Assembly: GCA_002633005.1 (NCBI GenBank)
Contig: NMRA01000985.1
Coordinates: forward strand, 39,728 to 78,006
From: Phoronis australis
Lineage: Eukaryota > Animalia > Phoronida
Direction of reading: 5' to 3'
Length of the DNA: 38,279 nucleotides
A model generated the notes under the pieces. It saw nothing but the letters and a program-made list of their open reading frames with translations. It had not been told where the DNA came from and ran no database searches. Positions 1-11,830 of this stretch are shown here, piece by piece. The position numbers and the translations under genes were made by a program. Each line of letters opens with the position of its first letter. Positions within the stretch are counted from its first letter, which is position 1.

Positions 1-325
1 GATAATGACAGATGGATTGACCACAGAGTGGTTTGAGATAATTGATGGACAATAAAGGATAATGACAGATGGATTGACCACAGAGTGGTTTGAGATAATT
101 GATGGACAAGAAAGGATAATGACAGATGGATTGACCACAGAGTGGTTTGAGATAATTGATGGACAAGAAAGGATAATGACAGATGGATTGACCATGAAGT
201 GGTTTGAGATAATTGATGGGCAAGAAATAATAATGACAGACAGACCGACATGATAATGACAGACAGACCGACATGATAATGATAGACAGACCGACATGAT
301 AATGACAGATGGATTGACCACAAAG
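1..325. repeat. Minisatellite: ~57-bp unit x4 followed by a related 23-bp unit x3
   Basis: GATAATGACAGATGGATTGACCACAGAGTGGTTTGAGATAATTGATGGACAAGAAAG is repeated, then GATAATGACAGACAGACCGACAT; explains the repetitive ORF 62..253. Confidence 0.95.
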
Positions 326-1388
326 TTTCTGTGGGTGCAGAAAAATTCCATGTGAGGTCACAAATCAACTTGTTTTTCAAAGACACCTGTGAGCTATACT
401 TTTAGCAGCCACTAGGTGTCTCTGTTCCCCATGTGTGTAATTTAATAAAGATTTTTGTCAATTTCAAGGATCTATGAATCTCAAACTGTCACCACAAACT
501 CTTTTATACTGCTATATGTCAAGTGATTATTGGAACATGTGAAACTTACTCCTCATACTTTTTATTTATTCAATTTTCTTATAATAACACCAGTTTAGTG
601 TTGCAGACATTTTCATTCTAATATGACTGCAGTTGAACATGTGCTTATAATCAAGTTGCCCATAACTTGATTAATGGCCTAATGTACATTTTGCCCTGTG
701 TACACTAGCAATGTGGGCTTGTTTGTTGTTTTGGGATATGTTAGTGCATTTTTGATGAGTTTTGATTTCTTTTGAAATGCGTTGGACCGAATATACCAAC
801 CTGTCAACATTGACAGGTCAAAAATACCAACCAGTATTAATGCTTCACTTCTTACAAGAATGACCACCCATAATTTGAGCTTTTTTCTGAAGACCGCCAC
901 CCATGAATTTTCATACAGATTTTGCTGGAACAGCCCTAACCATTTGTTGATCTCATCTGCTAAAAAACGTTCAAGAATTGTCTCCGCAAGGCCGATATCG
1001 AGTCGCCAGGTGCCTGGATGCGTGACAGCATAACAGTTATTTTTTGGGAAATTCGGGGGGTAAGGGTGGGGAAGTGTTCACTATCAGTGGGTCATTTTGA
1101 CTTCAAAATACCAATTACGATTACTTTAATAATTCCTCCTAAAAATAACGCTAACGTTTTTACGGTATTAGAAACTTTCGGAAATAAGTGCCAGACAGAC
1201 AGTATTTATTTCTTGCCGATGCTATGCTACCCATTTCATGAATTGATAGCACCCGATGACAGGTACCTGTATGTAGCGCGCGCTTCCTGGCCAAGTGCTT
1301 TTAACAAAGATCAAGTTTTTATTAGAAGTCTTCGAGTTGCGGTTTTCACGGATACAAAGAAATTTGGAGTGTAGAGGGAGGAGATCTG

Positions 1389-2449
1389 GGCCCGGTCTCC
1401 AATCTCCGTACTCAGACTCGAATCATGCTCAAACTCACACTTCATACTCAACTCGAGTACAGACTCAGCTTTGGTGTATTCAATGTCATACTCGAAAAAT
1501 CTGTACTCGAAATTTCGAGCACGTACTCAGTTTTCGAGTGTACTCGAACTGAAGTGTATCTCATCCATATTTCGAGTACGATTTTGAGTAAAAATTNNNN
1601 NNNNNNNNNNNNNNNNNNNNNNNNNNNNNNNNNNNNNNNNNNNNNNNNNNNNNNNNNNNNNNNNNNNNNNNNNNNNNNNNNNNNNNNNNNNNNNNNNNNN
1701 NNNNNNNNNNNNNNNNNNNNNNNNNNNNNNNNNNNNNNNNNNNNNNNNNNNNNNNNNNNNNNNNNNNNNNNNNNNNNNNNNNNNNNNNNNNNNNNNNNNN
1801 NNNNNNNNNNNNNNNNNNNNNNNNNNNNNNNNNNNNNNNNNNNNNNNNNNNNNNNNNNNNNNNNNNNNNNNNNNNNNNNNNNNNNNNNNNNNNNNNNNNN
1901 NNNNNNNNNNNNNNNNNNNNNNNNNNNNNNNNNNNNNNNNNNNNNNNNNNNNNNNNNNNNNNNNNNNNNNNNNNNNNNNNNNNNNNNNNNNNNNNNNNNN
2001 NNNNNNNNNNNNNNNNNNNNNNNNNNNNNNNNNNNNNNNNNNNNNNNNNNNNNNNNNNNNNNNNNNNNNNNNNNNNNNNNNNNNNNNNNNNNNNNNNNNN
2101 NNNNNNNNNNNNNNNNNNNNNNNNNNNNNNNNNNNNNNNNNNNNNNNNNNNNNNNNNNNNNNNNNNNNNNNNNNNNNNNNNNNNNNNNNNNNNNNNNNNN
2201 NNNNNNNNNNNNNGTGGTCTATTCCAATAGGGAGCGATGAATCAGCGCGGCTTTGCGTGATTTTGCATTTCACATCATAAAGAGTTCCATAGCAACTCGA
2301 GTATGAGTGTCAGATTTGAGTACGTTTGGAGTCTACTCGAAATACGACATTAGATACGCTTTTTTGAGTATGACTCCAGTGAGCACGATTTTGAGTATGA
2401 AATCTCGAGTATGAGTATGAGTCTGAGTACGGAGATTGGAGACCGGGCC
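1389..2449. mobile_element. PIF/Harbinger-like MITE spanning the assembly gap
   Basis: ~31-bp TIR GGCCCGGTCTCCAATCTCCGTACTCAGACTC / GAGTCTGAGTACGGAGATTGGAGACCGGGCC; 3-bp TSD CTG at 1386-1388 and 2450-2452; interior rich in (T)ACTCGA / TCGAGTA subrepeats. Confidence 0.75.
1597..2213. other. Assembly gap (617 N)
   Basis: Run of N; ORFs 1425..2240 and 1527..2273 are artefacts of it. Confidence 1.
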
Positions 2450-2713
2450 CTGTTTGGGAAAGTCTGGAAACGCATGGGAGGGGCGCTTATAGGGGCATGG
2501 GCGCTTATTAGGGCGAATACGGTATGCCCAACAGAACACGAGGAAGCCCAAACAAATATGAAGTAATCAATCCATCCTATTTTATTTCCATTCTGAAAGC
2601 AATTTAGTGATAACGGAATTGAAATAGAATTAATGAAAAATGGAACATAAGCTTTCATAATAATGTTGAAATAAAAACTTATTGGCCCTACAGACCCTAG
2701 ATTTACTACTAAC

Positions 2714-2803
2714 CTTGCCAATGCCACAACGTGTTAACATTTCAGAGGCCACGCTACCAACACCACCAATTCCAACAATGGCCACAGTATACTCTCGTAT
2801 TTT
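2714..2803 (-). CDS. UBA5: UBA5 coding exon 3 (nucleotide-binding GxGxxG motif); gene continues downstream, later exons not found in the window
   Basis: [30 protein letters not shown], 90 nt, flanked by tttcAG and GTtagt; matches the UBA5 ThiF-family adenylation domain. Confidence 0.96.
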
Positions 2804-3165
2804 CTGAAACACATGATGCATTTAACGTCAGTTATGAACAAGTAACAGAAGAACATGTGGCCCATAAACAGGATTGGAAGAAATGAAATTATAGCAGAGA
2901 TTTAAAGGTGAAGGCAACCTTTTTTCATTTGCAGCAAAAATAAGGTTTGTTGATTATCCTAGACATATTTTTCACTTAATTACAGATTTTCCTAATTTAA
3001 TTAATTGCCCGTCTTCTACTCCGGAAGTGATGTTCTGGGAGGCAAGAATTTCGCGCCAATTTGTTTTCATTTGGTCTGACTGTGAGAGCTGAAGAGCCAG
3101 TTATTGGTCTACCTTAGTTGTGAAATGTTCGGTCGTTGTTTGTTTTTGTTTACGAGTCAGTCAAT

Positions 3166-3905
3166 ATGCCACACTGTTGCTGCGTACCGGGATGTACTCA
3201 TTATCGTCTCACGCGCGCTTTGGGAATACCCGGCTTTGCATCGCTTTCCGAAGGATGACACACTTCGCCGTCAGTACTTGGCCCATTCAGGTAACGCACC
3301 GTTACCCGTCCACACAACGTTCGAAGCAGTGGAGGATTACCGAGTGTGTGGCAACCATTTTCTGTCGTCAGATTACGAGAGAGATAGGTACGCTGAATTG
3401 AGGAAGGTACTTGCGAAACAACGCCTGTAGAAGGGTACCATACCGTCGCTGTTGATTCCCGGCAGTGCCCCGTCGCCACCCCCGAGAAGTGCGTTTTTGA
3501 AGCGAGAAGCCTCGCGAGCTGTGGCCACTACAGTGACTGGAGGTACTTCAACTACTGTCACCCGTGCCTCCAAACATACCTCCAGAGTGTGCAATTCCAT
3601 GACTAGCAGGGATTCACCCTGTGCTGTTGTCTCTAGCTCAGAGCCTGTAAGCAGCCCTGCAGCGATGTTGAGTAGTGGAAGTGAATGCAGGCCCAGTTCG
3701 ATACCCAGTAAAGAGGACAGTTGGTTGTCCAGTGAACAGATCGGTGAGCCAAACTTTGATAAGTTTATTGCGGACTTGTCTAACGTATTGTAGCTATCTA
3801 GAAGGTGCCATGTGTGTGGCGAGAGATTCACACGGCGGGATGTAAGCAGTTTGGGTGCTCAGTGGAAGTGTGTCGTGGGACACTTGGGCAAGTGGGACAG
3901 TTGTG
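3166..3905 (+). pseudogene. Kolobok transposase N-terminus (THAP domain plus CxxC...C..GH..W motif), disrupted and truncated
   Basis: MPHCCCVPGCT, then frameshift near 3228, LHRFPKDDTLRR...RVCGNHFLSSDYE...RL*KGTIPSL, ...RRCHVCG...CVVGHLGKWDSC; in-frame stops at 3428-3430 and 3791-3793; no DDE domain. Confidence 0.85.
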
Positions 3906-4060
3906 CCTGTGCGTACTCGCGCCTCATTATACTCGGGCTCAAACATATACCCACCCACTGACTGTCCGTGAAAAAATTCCTCGTCACCACTGCTATGAAC
4001 AATGTCTCCGTTACTCACGTCACTATTGTCACTGTGATATGGGTCACCGACTCCAGCCCG
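3905..4060 (-). pseudogene. Kolobok KolX 5' fragment
   Basis: GDIVHSSGDEEFFHGQSVGGYMFEPEYNEA, homologous to 34359-34510; start codon appears lost. Confidence 0.75.
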
Positions 4061-5085
4061 TCAGATTAACACAAACTAAACAATCCCTAAATCCAACGAA
4101 ATTGACATCTCTAACAACCTAGCTTGTCGTAAAATACTCGACGATGGGAATAGGTGACGACAATTTAAAAAAACAGCACAAAAACAAAAGTAGTACAGAT
4201 CCTCAAAGTAAACTCAACGCAGAACCAAATTCGGGCGCAAAATTCTTGCCTCCCAAAATGTCACTTCCGGAGTAGAGGACGAGTAATTAATTAAATTACG
4301 AAAAGCTGTAATTTGGTGAAAAATATGTCTGGGATAATCAACGAACCTTGTTTTTGCTCAAAATGACATGAAAAAAGGTTGACTTCGCCTTTAATTTCAA
4401 ATCTTTATGTCATACAAGACTAAAATTTCTCACTGACAATGATTTGAGCATCTACCAGAAGAAATGTTTGTGTTTGTTAAACGTATTAAGGGCACAGCCA
4501 TTAATAGTCACATGCACAATTCTGCTTCTTTTCTTACCAATAACAAATGCTTTTTTAAAGTATACACAACTCATTTGATCACACATTTGTAATTGAACAA
4601 TTTCTGGTTACAAGAATATAGAAGAATTCTAGCTGACTAATACAGTTATGATCAAAGGGGATAATGTTTAAAGTGGAACTCGTACGCTGTTATTGCCTGT
4701 TCAAATTAGTTAGAAACACAACATGTAGCAACGATGTGAATATGAAGTATGTTGAAAATTGATAAATGTTTTAAAGAACGAGTTTTGTGTTGAAAATGAT
4801 ATCTGCCATAAATCACTCAAGCATGTCAGGTAAGAATCATAACACGGTGTTGAGGAATAAAACTGCATGATGCGGGCTTCCAAGGTATTTCATAAGTGCA
4901 GTGGTCACCTATTTGCAGAATTTTTTGTTTTCACATTTACAAGATGTCAATGAATCCAACTGCACTTTTTTAGTGTAGATGGTGTTCAAATAGCCTTGTC
5001 ACTTAGTTCCTGCTGTACATTAGCATAGTTAGGAGCAAGCAAATACATCTTAAAGTTTGAGATTGTGACTCCAAGCCTTCCTTAC

Positions 5086-5131
5086 CTCGTAGTTGTCCAC
5101 AATTCCCATTCTCTTAAGGGCCATAAGTCGA
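5086..5131 (-). CDS. UBA5: UBA5 coding exon 2
   Basis: 46-nt exon (S)[15 protein letters not shown] between ttctttcAG and GTaagg; phases fit exon 1 (phase 2) and exon 3 (phase 0); not in the ORF track. Confidence 0.96.
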
Positions 5132-5813
5132 CTGAAAGAAAATGTCAAGCAGGTGTAGCTCTGATTACTGTAAGAAATCACGTAAACCTAGTAAACATAT
5201 CAAGTTGGAAGAGGTCGACATGAAAGACTTTTGAATGTAATAAGTAGCATGTGGTCTAATTTTTAAAAAAAGAGGTAATGCAAAAAAGTGATTTACAGAA
5301 AACACATGCAAGCGTGACCGACAACAGGCGTGACCGACAACAGGTAAAACTTATGCATACTCAAGATCGAGTTAAGCGAAATAATGTGTAAAAAACAAGA
5401 CCAGTTTTAGGACTGAAAGTGGAGATAAAACTTTTAATTTCCAGGTGCCTGCATGTCATGGCCAATTCAGTGGAGCTCAAAACTTTCATCACTTACCGTT
5501 CAAGGCAATGTTGTAATTTGTGGCTATTAAGGTTCGACGGTGCTACTCACCCTTGTCCAGTGCTACTCACCCTTGTCCATTTCTTGTCTTCTTCTAACTT
5601 TGACACAAGCAAGGTGAATAGACGTCCTTCTCGCAGGAAGGACGACACGCAAGAGAGAGACCAGGTCCAGCAGTTCACCAGTCACATATCATAATCTATG
5701 TGCTACATCCGGTCCATCATAAACACTCAGACGAACAAGGACAGACGACATTGAGACAAGACAACAAATACCTACCTACGGGAGGCTACGTTGCCAACAC
5801 TCCTCCCCTACCT

Positions 5814-6902
5814 AACAAGAGCAACGCGGAGCGTTGAAATGCGCCCACAATTGCACCGCATACGGTATCCTTCTAGGGTTGTTTATTGGTACCATAAAGT
5901 GGCCAGTAGAGGGCATACTTTGCAAAATGGAAAGGCATGGTCATTGTCTCCTCAATAGGCTAGGGGCAAAATGTGAGTAATCTTCATAATACAAGCACAT
6001 CCTATACACCAGTTGCTTAAAGCACCACAGAAACAAAAAATTAAAAACAAATTTACCAACATACGAGATTAGCACAGCATTAGAATGCCAGAAACAAATT
6101 TCTACTTGGAACTTTTCCTTCACAGTCACGAAGTAACACAAAGTATACACCTGAAGACCTATGAAAATACAGAGGTCAATGTAAAATACTAAAATTGCCA
6201 CTAGAGGCAAATACTAAAATTGCCACTAGAGGCATACCGGTAGTCAGAATCATCCTAAAGTCGTCATCGTCCGTTGTCAACATCACATAAATACACTTGC
6301 TAAATTTAGTAAAGATCCTGCAAACGGTTTGGGAGATACAGCCATGGGCGCAAAAAAACAAAACTGCCACTAGGAGGCGCCACAGTAGTCCAAATCGTCT
6401 GAAAATCATTGTCAGCTGTCTTCCTTATAGTAAGCACATACACGCCAATTTTCACAATCATCCTTTGAGCGGTTTGGTTGATAGAGGGGTGGACGCAAAA
6501 ATACAGACTCGAAAACAGTAAAAATGGCCACTAGGTGGCGCAAACTACGTCGAATCCATCTGAAAACAGTAGGATAGCGTCATCTCACTAATAGGTGCCT
6601 ACATACCAAATTTCATGAAAATCCGTTCAGGACTTTTGAAGATACAAAGGTAAGCGTAAAAAACTAAAATTGCCACTAGGGGGCACACCGGTAGTCGAAT
6701 CCGTCCGAAAGTTCGCACATGCCGTCCCATTCATGAATGGAACATATGTGCTAAATTTCATGAACGTATGTCAAAGGGTTTTGGAGATAGAGCAGCGGAC
6801 GCCGGACGCCAGACGCCGGACGGACGCCGCCCGGAGGGACGGACGGACGGACAGAGATGACGGCATAATGCGTCCACATATAAATATGTGGGCGCATAAA
6901 AA
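5814..6902 (-). mobile_element. Helentron-type non-autonomous element (HINE/DINE-1-like) with ~150-bp internal repeats, in UBA5 intron 1
   Basis: On the minus strand: TTTTTATGCGCCCACATATTTATATGTGGACGCAT (sub-TIR plus hairpin), (GTCC)n microsatellite at ~6815-6852, core repeats, then TGGGCGCATTT-CAACGC-TCC-GCGTTG-CTCTTGTT (sub-TIR plus 3' hairpin). Confidence 0.8.
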
Positions 6903-7294
6903 TGACTAAACAAACTAAGAGAAAAAATGATGAGGAGTGACTGTGAAAAAGAAACTAAAAAAACTATAACTACTTCTCCCTCCCTACCTAGTGGACAAAC
7001 AGCCCCATAAACGAGACAAGTTAGTACAAACGCAAAAACCATGGTGGCCGGTAAACTAAACTATATAATAAAAAAACAATGTGACTGGGGATACCTACCT
7101 ACGTTCACAACAGCATCCATGTTTTGACTCGAGTTCCCGATTGGACAGTTGGCATTATGCTAGTTAAAAGATAAAGCATCAAGCCTGACAAAAATGAAAT
7201 AAAGATTCTGAGCTCCCACCTTGAATAAGATTTGATCAAAAGGCCAAAAAATTTTGGTTATTTCCATTATCAGTTGATTACACACCATGGTTAC

Positions 7295-7434
7295 CTGTAT
7301 GGATTAGAATCAACAACTTCTGAACTCATTGCCTCGATTTTCTGTCGTCCACCGACTGCCTGAGCTTGACGTGTCATTTCCAGCTCAGCTTCGAGAGCTT
7401 TTATTTTCGCTTTGAGTTCATCCACTGTCGCCAT
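7295..7434 (-). CDS. UBA5: UBA5 coding exon 1 (start codon)
   Basis: [46 protein letters not shown](S), ending AG|GTaacc; [23 protein letters not shown] is the diagnostic UBA5 N-terminal signature; not in the ORF track. Confidence 0.96.
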
Positions 7435-7680
7435 TGTTGTTGTAAGAACGTCAAATAGGGTATGCGATCCTGTTCAACCTCAAATTTCACCCAGAACCTA
7501 CTTTCCCGTGATTAAAGACAGCAACATATGTGACTTGCGGATCAAGATCACCGGTGGCAAATTTTCAGCATTTCCGCTTCGTTAGCGCCCTCTCACGACA
7601 AGTATTAAAACATTTTTATGTTTTTATTAAACTGTTAATTCCAGAAGTCTTGCAGGAAAATAACAGAATCAAGTACGTTT
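7435..7680. promoter_or_regulatory. Putative UBA5 promoter, possibly bidirectional (shared with ZNF-A)
   Basis: Lies between the UBA5 ATG (-) and the head-to-head ZNF-A gene, whose ATG exon starts at a splice acceptor (8751-8752) and so needs an upstream non-coding exon; modest CpG enrichment; possible donor AA|GTACGT near 7673. Confidence 0.4.
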
Positions 7681-8768
7681 TCATGACTCGACGAGTAACA
7701 CCAACCATTCAAAAACTTGATGTTTCCACATACTTGTTGTAATTTCCCAGTTTTTCGAAATGTGTAGTTCTCCTAATTGTCAATAGATGTCAGCATTGAG
7801 TTTGTAAGTGGCTGTGCTGTACGAGTTTTTTTACGATGTCTGATGTTAATTTTGTTGAGTCGAGCCCCAAACCACACAGGTTTGTATTCAGAACCTCTAA
7901 TCAGTATTTTAATAATGATCCAACTTTGCAGGAAGCAATGTTTGCGCATGTTCAAGGAGAAATAACCTATTCAAAACCATGTCCCTGATTGACAAATAAA
8001 TTCGTCTGCTTTTCCTCAGTTCCACTCTAACTTTAAGCAGCCTAGCACTAGCGTACATCAACAATCATCTAGCCGTCAGCAATCTAGCTGTCCCCGTGAA
8101 ATGAACCCGATTAGACTCTGAAAGTTTTGCCCAGTTCTTAAAAGCAGATATTCCATTTAGAACCCAAACCGATGCGGTGGGGTTTCGGCGCCTACTTACC
8201 TCTAATTTTACCACTACAACAATGTCATGATTAATGAATGAAATTTCCCAGGCGCCCCCTAAAACTGTTTAGTAATGTCCAACCCCACCGAATGAATTTG
8301 GGGTGTTTCACACGAGTGATCTCCAACCATTGAGTTTGCATGGTTTGTATATATATCGAATACAGTTGCTGAAATACTGTAGATAAATACAGCAGTCACT
8401 AGTCTAGTGACTAGACCAGTGTGGCAGTTATAAGAATGAATTGGACTAGTATATAAGTACATGTAGGATGAAATTTCATTTCAAATAAATTTTCTGACAG
8501 CGGACTAGAGAACATTTCTATTGGACTTTCATTTGGTCGACAACACGCAAACAGGTGTTTAAGGTAGGTCAATATTTGGTGTTATTCCTGACCTGACATT
8601 GGCATGTACATTTTGGTAATTTAAATTTATTCCTTTCACTTTTGAGCACCCTTTGTGACTTTTTATAATTTCAGATGACTGTTTTCACACAAATAAAAAG
8701 CTCAAATCATGAAACTAAGTTGACTGAAGCATCTTTCAAATTCTTCTTGTAGAAACTCAAATACAGCC

Positions 8769-8907
8769 ATGTCGGGCATTGAATATTTACAAACAAGTTT
8801 CTGCTCTTTAATTGACGAGGCCCAAGAAAGCCTGCTGCCTAATTTTGTGTCCTGGCTTGACTTGAAAGTTGCTGAATACAAGGTGCTGGGGCATATGGTT
8901 CTTAAAG
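8769..8907 (+). CDS. C2H2 zinc-finger gene ZNF-A, coding exon 1: uncharacterised N-terminal domain
   Basis: MSGIEYLQTSFCSLIDEAQESLLPNFVSWLDLKVAEYKVLGHMVLK; Kozak-like gccATG; donor AAAG|GTaaat in phase 1 joins in frame to 9459; paralogous exon at 29918-30065. Confidence 0.88.
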
Positions 8908-9458
8908 GTAAATGTGAATGTTCATTTTACATAGGTCAGTTAAAACTGTTGTGATATGCAATTTTATCTAAGTTTTATTTTCATAATTCACAACAGAATG
9001 GCCCTGCAGGTACCAAATTTACATGTTACGGTTCAAGATAGTCTTTAAAGCATATACTTTTTCAAAACATCTAAGCAGCAAGGTTTACAATTTCTGTGGT
9101 AAAATCTTATGAATGACAGAATGTTATAGTAGATGCATACATGAATGTATTCATATTTTTTCACAAGTGACAAATAGTATGAAGTAAATGTTTTCATTGT
9201 TTTTCTAAAATCCATTACCATAGCTACCACCAGTAAATATTTTTGAGAATTTTGTGCAAGGTTAGAAGCCATCAGGAAACAAAAAAAAAATCAATTTTGG
9301 CAATTACTTTTGTCCGGAATTGGGGAAATTTTACCGGAATTGGCCACGGTTACATGGAGTTCACTGGCTTCACACATTGTGGCTTACAGATTTGTTGTCA
9401 CAAACTTGATTTATCCTAACTTAAAGATCTAACTGAATGTTTTGTGCCTAATTTTCAG

Positions 9459-10582
9459 ACCAGAATAAGATGTCACAACAACAGTTGAATGCTTCTAAAG
9501 TAACAAAACAATTGGAGTCCATAATAAAAAATGTTGGTGACCATGAACACAGAGGTGAGGAGATTGCATTCCATGAGTCAAGAAAACTGTCATCAGGCAA
9601 AAATTCCCACTTATATGATCTTCACTTGCACCAGGTTGTAAAAACTGGGCGACGAAAAGCTACAAATCCTAAATTCATTTCTAGTATCCTCCGCACCAGT
9701 GCCCTGGGTAAAAGTCTCAACCAGTCGATTTCTCTTAATGAAGCTGGTTCAGAGTCACAAACCAATTCTCTCGTAGACAGCACAAAAAAGTTTGCCTCTC
9801 TGGAAACTGAACGAGAATGTCACAGTACAGGCCAAATAGATCAGTCAACTAATACAGTGGGCCTTGAACCCAAGTCTGAGTCACTTTCTGTCACAATCAA
9901 GACAGAACCTCTGGATCCTGACATTGAGGCAACCCCCACCACTCCAGACCCGACAAAAATGCTATGCGAGGACACAACGATGGCCGACACCTCTAGCTTA
10001 GCCGCCAATCAAGATAGACCGGTTGACACAAGTCCCACAGTGGTAATGCGCGTTCCCCAGTATGTGCCACAGATGCAGCCGTCGCTTGAGTCCAACTTAA
10101 ACATACGAATGGTACACACAGGTGAGTACCCATATAAGTGCGATATGGAGAAATGCCGCAAGGGCTTTCATAGTCAGTCTATGCTAGGCATGCATCAACA
10201 AGCTGTGCACGGGAAAACATGGAATGACCAGAAGTGTGGTGTGTGCGATCTGGTGGTCAGTACACCACAGCTGCTCTCTCAGCACATGAGGTCGCATGAG
10301 TGTGGCGAGTATAGGTGTTGCCAGTGTTTGAAAACGTTCTCGTGCAAATACTACCTAGACCGGCATATGAAGACTCACGAAGAGAGAATACAATGTGATC
10401 ACTGCGAGAAGAGCTACACAACACGGCAGCACCTCAAAGATCACATGCGTATACACAACGAGGAGTTTAGCCGCTGCAGCAAATGCAACTTCAAGACCAC
10501 ATACTCTCAGAGTTTGCGACGTCATGTGGCCAGAGTGCACAGAATTTCACTGAATGGCTCCGACTTTGGGGATGATGTTTAA
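9459..10582 (+). CDS. C2H2 zinc-finger gene ZNF-A, coding exon 2 (low-complexity linker plus 5 C2H2 fingers); full protein ~420 aa
   Basis: Acceptor ttttcAG|AC CAG AAT AAG ATG in frame with ORF 9470..10582; fingers CDMEKC..HQQAVH, CGVC..HMRSH, CCQC..HMKTH, CDHC..HMRIH, CSKC..HVARVH; TGEYPY linker; candidate AATAAA at ~11107. Confidence 0.93.
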
Positions 10583-11569
10583 CGATTGTCTTTCTTCACA
10601 TGGAAACAAGGTTTGCTCTTCCGGGTTCACCGCTTCAATGTGACTACAGAATCTACCGTGCGACAGTCGAATTATGGTGTTTGAACTTCACATGGAACAT
10701 GAAATGGTTAAAGCAATGTGCTTTTTATGTCTTGTGCAGAGTTAATGTTTAAATGTTTTTGTTGAATATTAATGATGGAGGTGGTCGTTAGAACATTGAC
10801 AGAACAATGTGGAAATTTACATTGTTATTTGTTCCCTAGTTTGGTCTGTTGGTATCTCTTTCACTTAGAAGTTTGAAGTTCATTTGGTAATGTTCAGAAA
10901 ATTGAAATTCTTCATGTTACATGAATTTTTAAGTCCAATCCATGAATTTCCATTAGTTCGCTTTCAGTCTCGGTGCGCATAGGGCATCTTCTAAAGCTTG
11001 GTCTGAAAGTGACCCGTTGAATTGTTGCGAATGATCAAAAAAAGTTTGAAAAGACATTGTGTCTTATTTTGGGCATTCTGGTTTGTTGTTTTTAAAACTG
11101 GCTTTAAATAAATGTTAAATGATTGAGCATGGAACTTTGAATAAGATTTTTATTCAACCTAAAAATATGAGTTACATAATGCTAGAAGAAAATAAAAATA
11201 CCCCTTCTACATGTAAATGCCAACAAACATATCACAACACCAACATTATGCAAATATGCTAATGCAAATACCATGGTGTATACATTCGTAATGATTGACA
11301 GGATTAAAATTAATTACTACTGACAATCTACAATATCAATTAAAATAGCTTATCAAAAATATTACTGATTTCAAAAAATAACAGGCAGCACTGTTAATAC
11401 ATCAAATCAGTCCAGTTACACCATGTTGATGCTTTTACAATTGTCACAAAAGTAATTGTGAGTATTCTTAAGACGGGACCCAAGTTTCAATCTGAATGGC
11501 TAACTCACCATTATCCAGTTTCCGATCTCTAAATAAAAGTTATTAACCCATGACCTTTTCACAGAAGTT

Positions 11570-11830
11570 ACAAGAGCAACACTGGGGCGTTGACATGCTC
11601 CCTCAATAATTTCTAGGGGTCAGGAAGAGGTGCTGGGAGAAATCGCTCTTCCCCCAAAAAATATGAAAACCCCTTGAGAGCAAAATGGCCACTAGGTGCT
11701 CTTTGTCAAACCCACCCAAAATTGACCATCAATCGGTTCAAAAGGTATCATTTTGCGTCCTCCTTTTACCCATTAAAGAGGTTTGCATACTGGTGCACAC
11801 ATCTAAGTTGTGCATACACGCCCAGTTCCA
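11570..11830 (-). mobile_element. Degenerate Helentron-type element end
   Basis: ACAAGAGCAACACTGGGGCGTTGACATGC resembles the ACAAGAGCAACGCGGAGCGTTGAAATGC terminus; AAAATGGCCACTAGGTG core motif at ~11682-11698. Confidence 0.45.

Larger units (their letters stand above)
1100..2523 (-). mobile_element. Tc1/mariner(pogo)-like non-autonomous element fragment, interrupted by a Harbinger-like MITE
   Basis: Ends in ...GGGCGCTTATTAGGGCGAATACGG-TA (reverse complement TA-CCGTATTCGCCCTAATAAGCGCCC); the same terminus recurs at ~23594 and 36899; 1180-1300 matches the reverse complement of ~23960-24090; left boundary approximate. Confidence 0.55.
2906..4390 (+). mobile_element. Kolobok DNA transposon, internally deleted copy 1, in UBA5 intron 2
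   Basis: TTAA TSD at 2902-2905 and 4391-4394; AGG...CCT termini; long imperfect TIRs (~150-165 bp); THAP transposase 5' part on +, KolX 5' part on -. Confidence 0.9.

Noticed and set aside
1-1596. UBA5 exon 4 onward (expected LLLFDYDKVELANMNRLFF-like sequence)
   Set aside because: Not found by eye on the minus strand; probably beyond the window start, and the gap appears to be MITE interior
1425-2273. Long ORFs 1425..2240 and 1527..2273
   Set aside because: They run through the N gap inside a MITE; no real coding evidence
4668-8031. TTAA-AGTGGAACT ... AGTTCCACT-CTAA as TIRs of an element capturing UBA5 exons 1-2
   Set aside because: Only a 9-bp match with an imperfect TSD and no extended similarity; chance or unrelated copies is more likely
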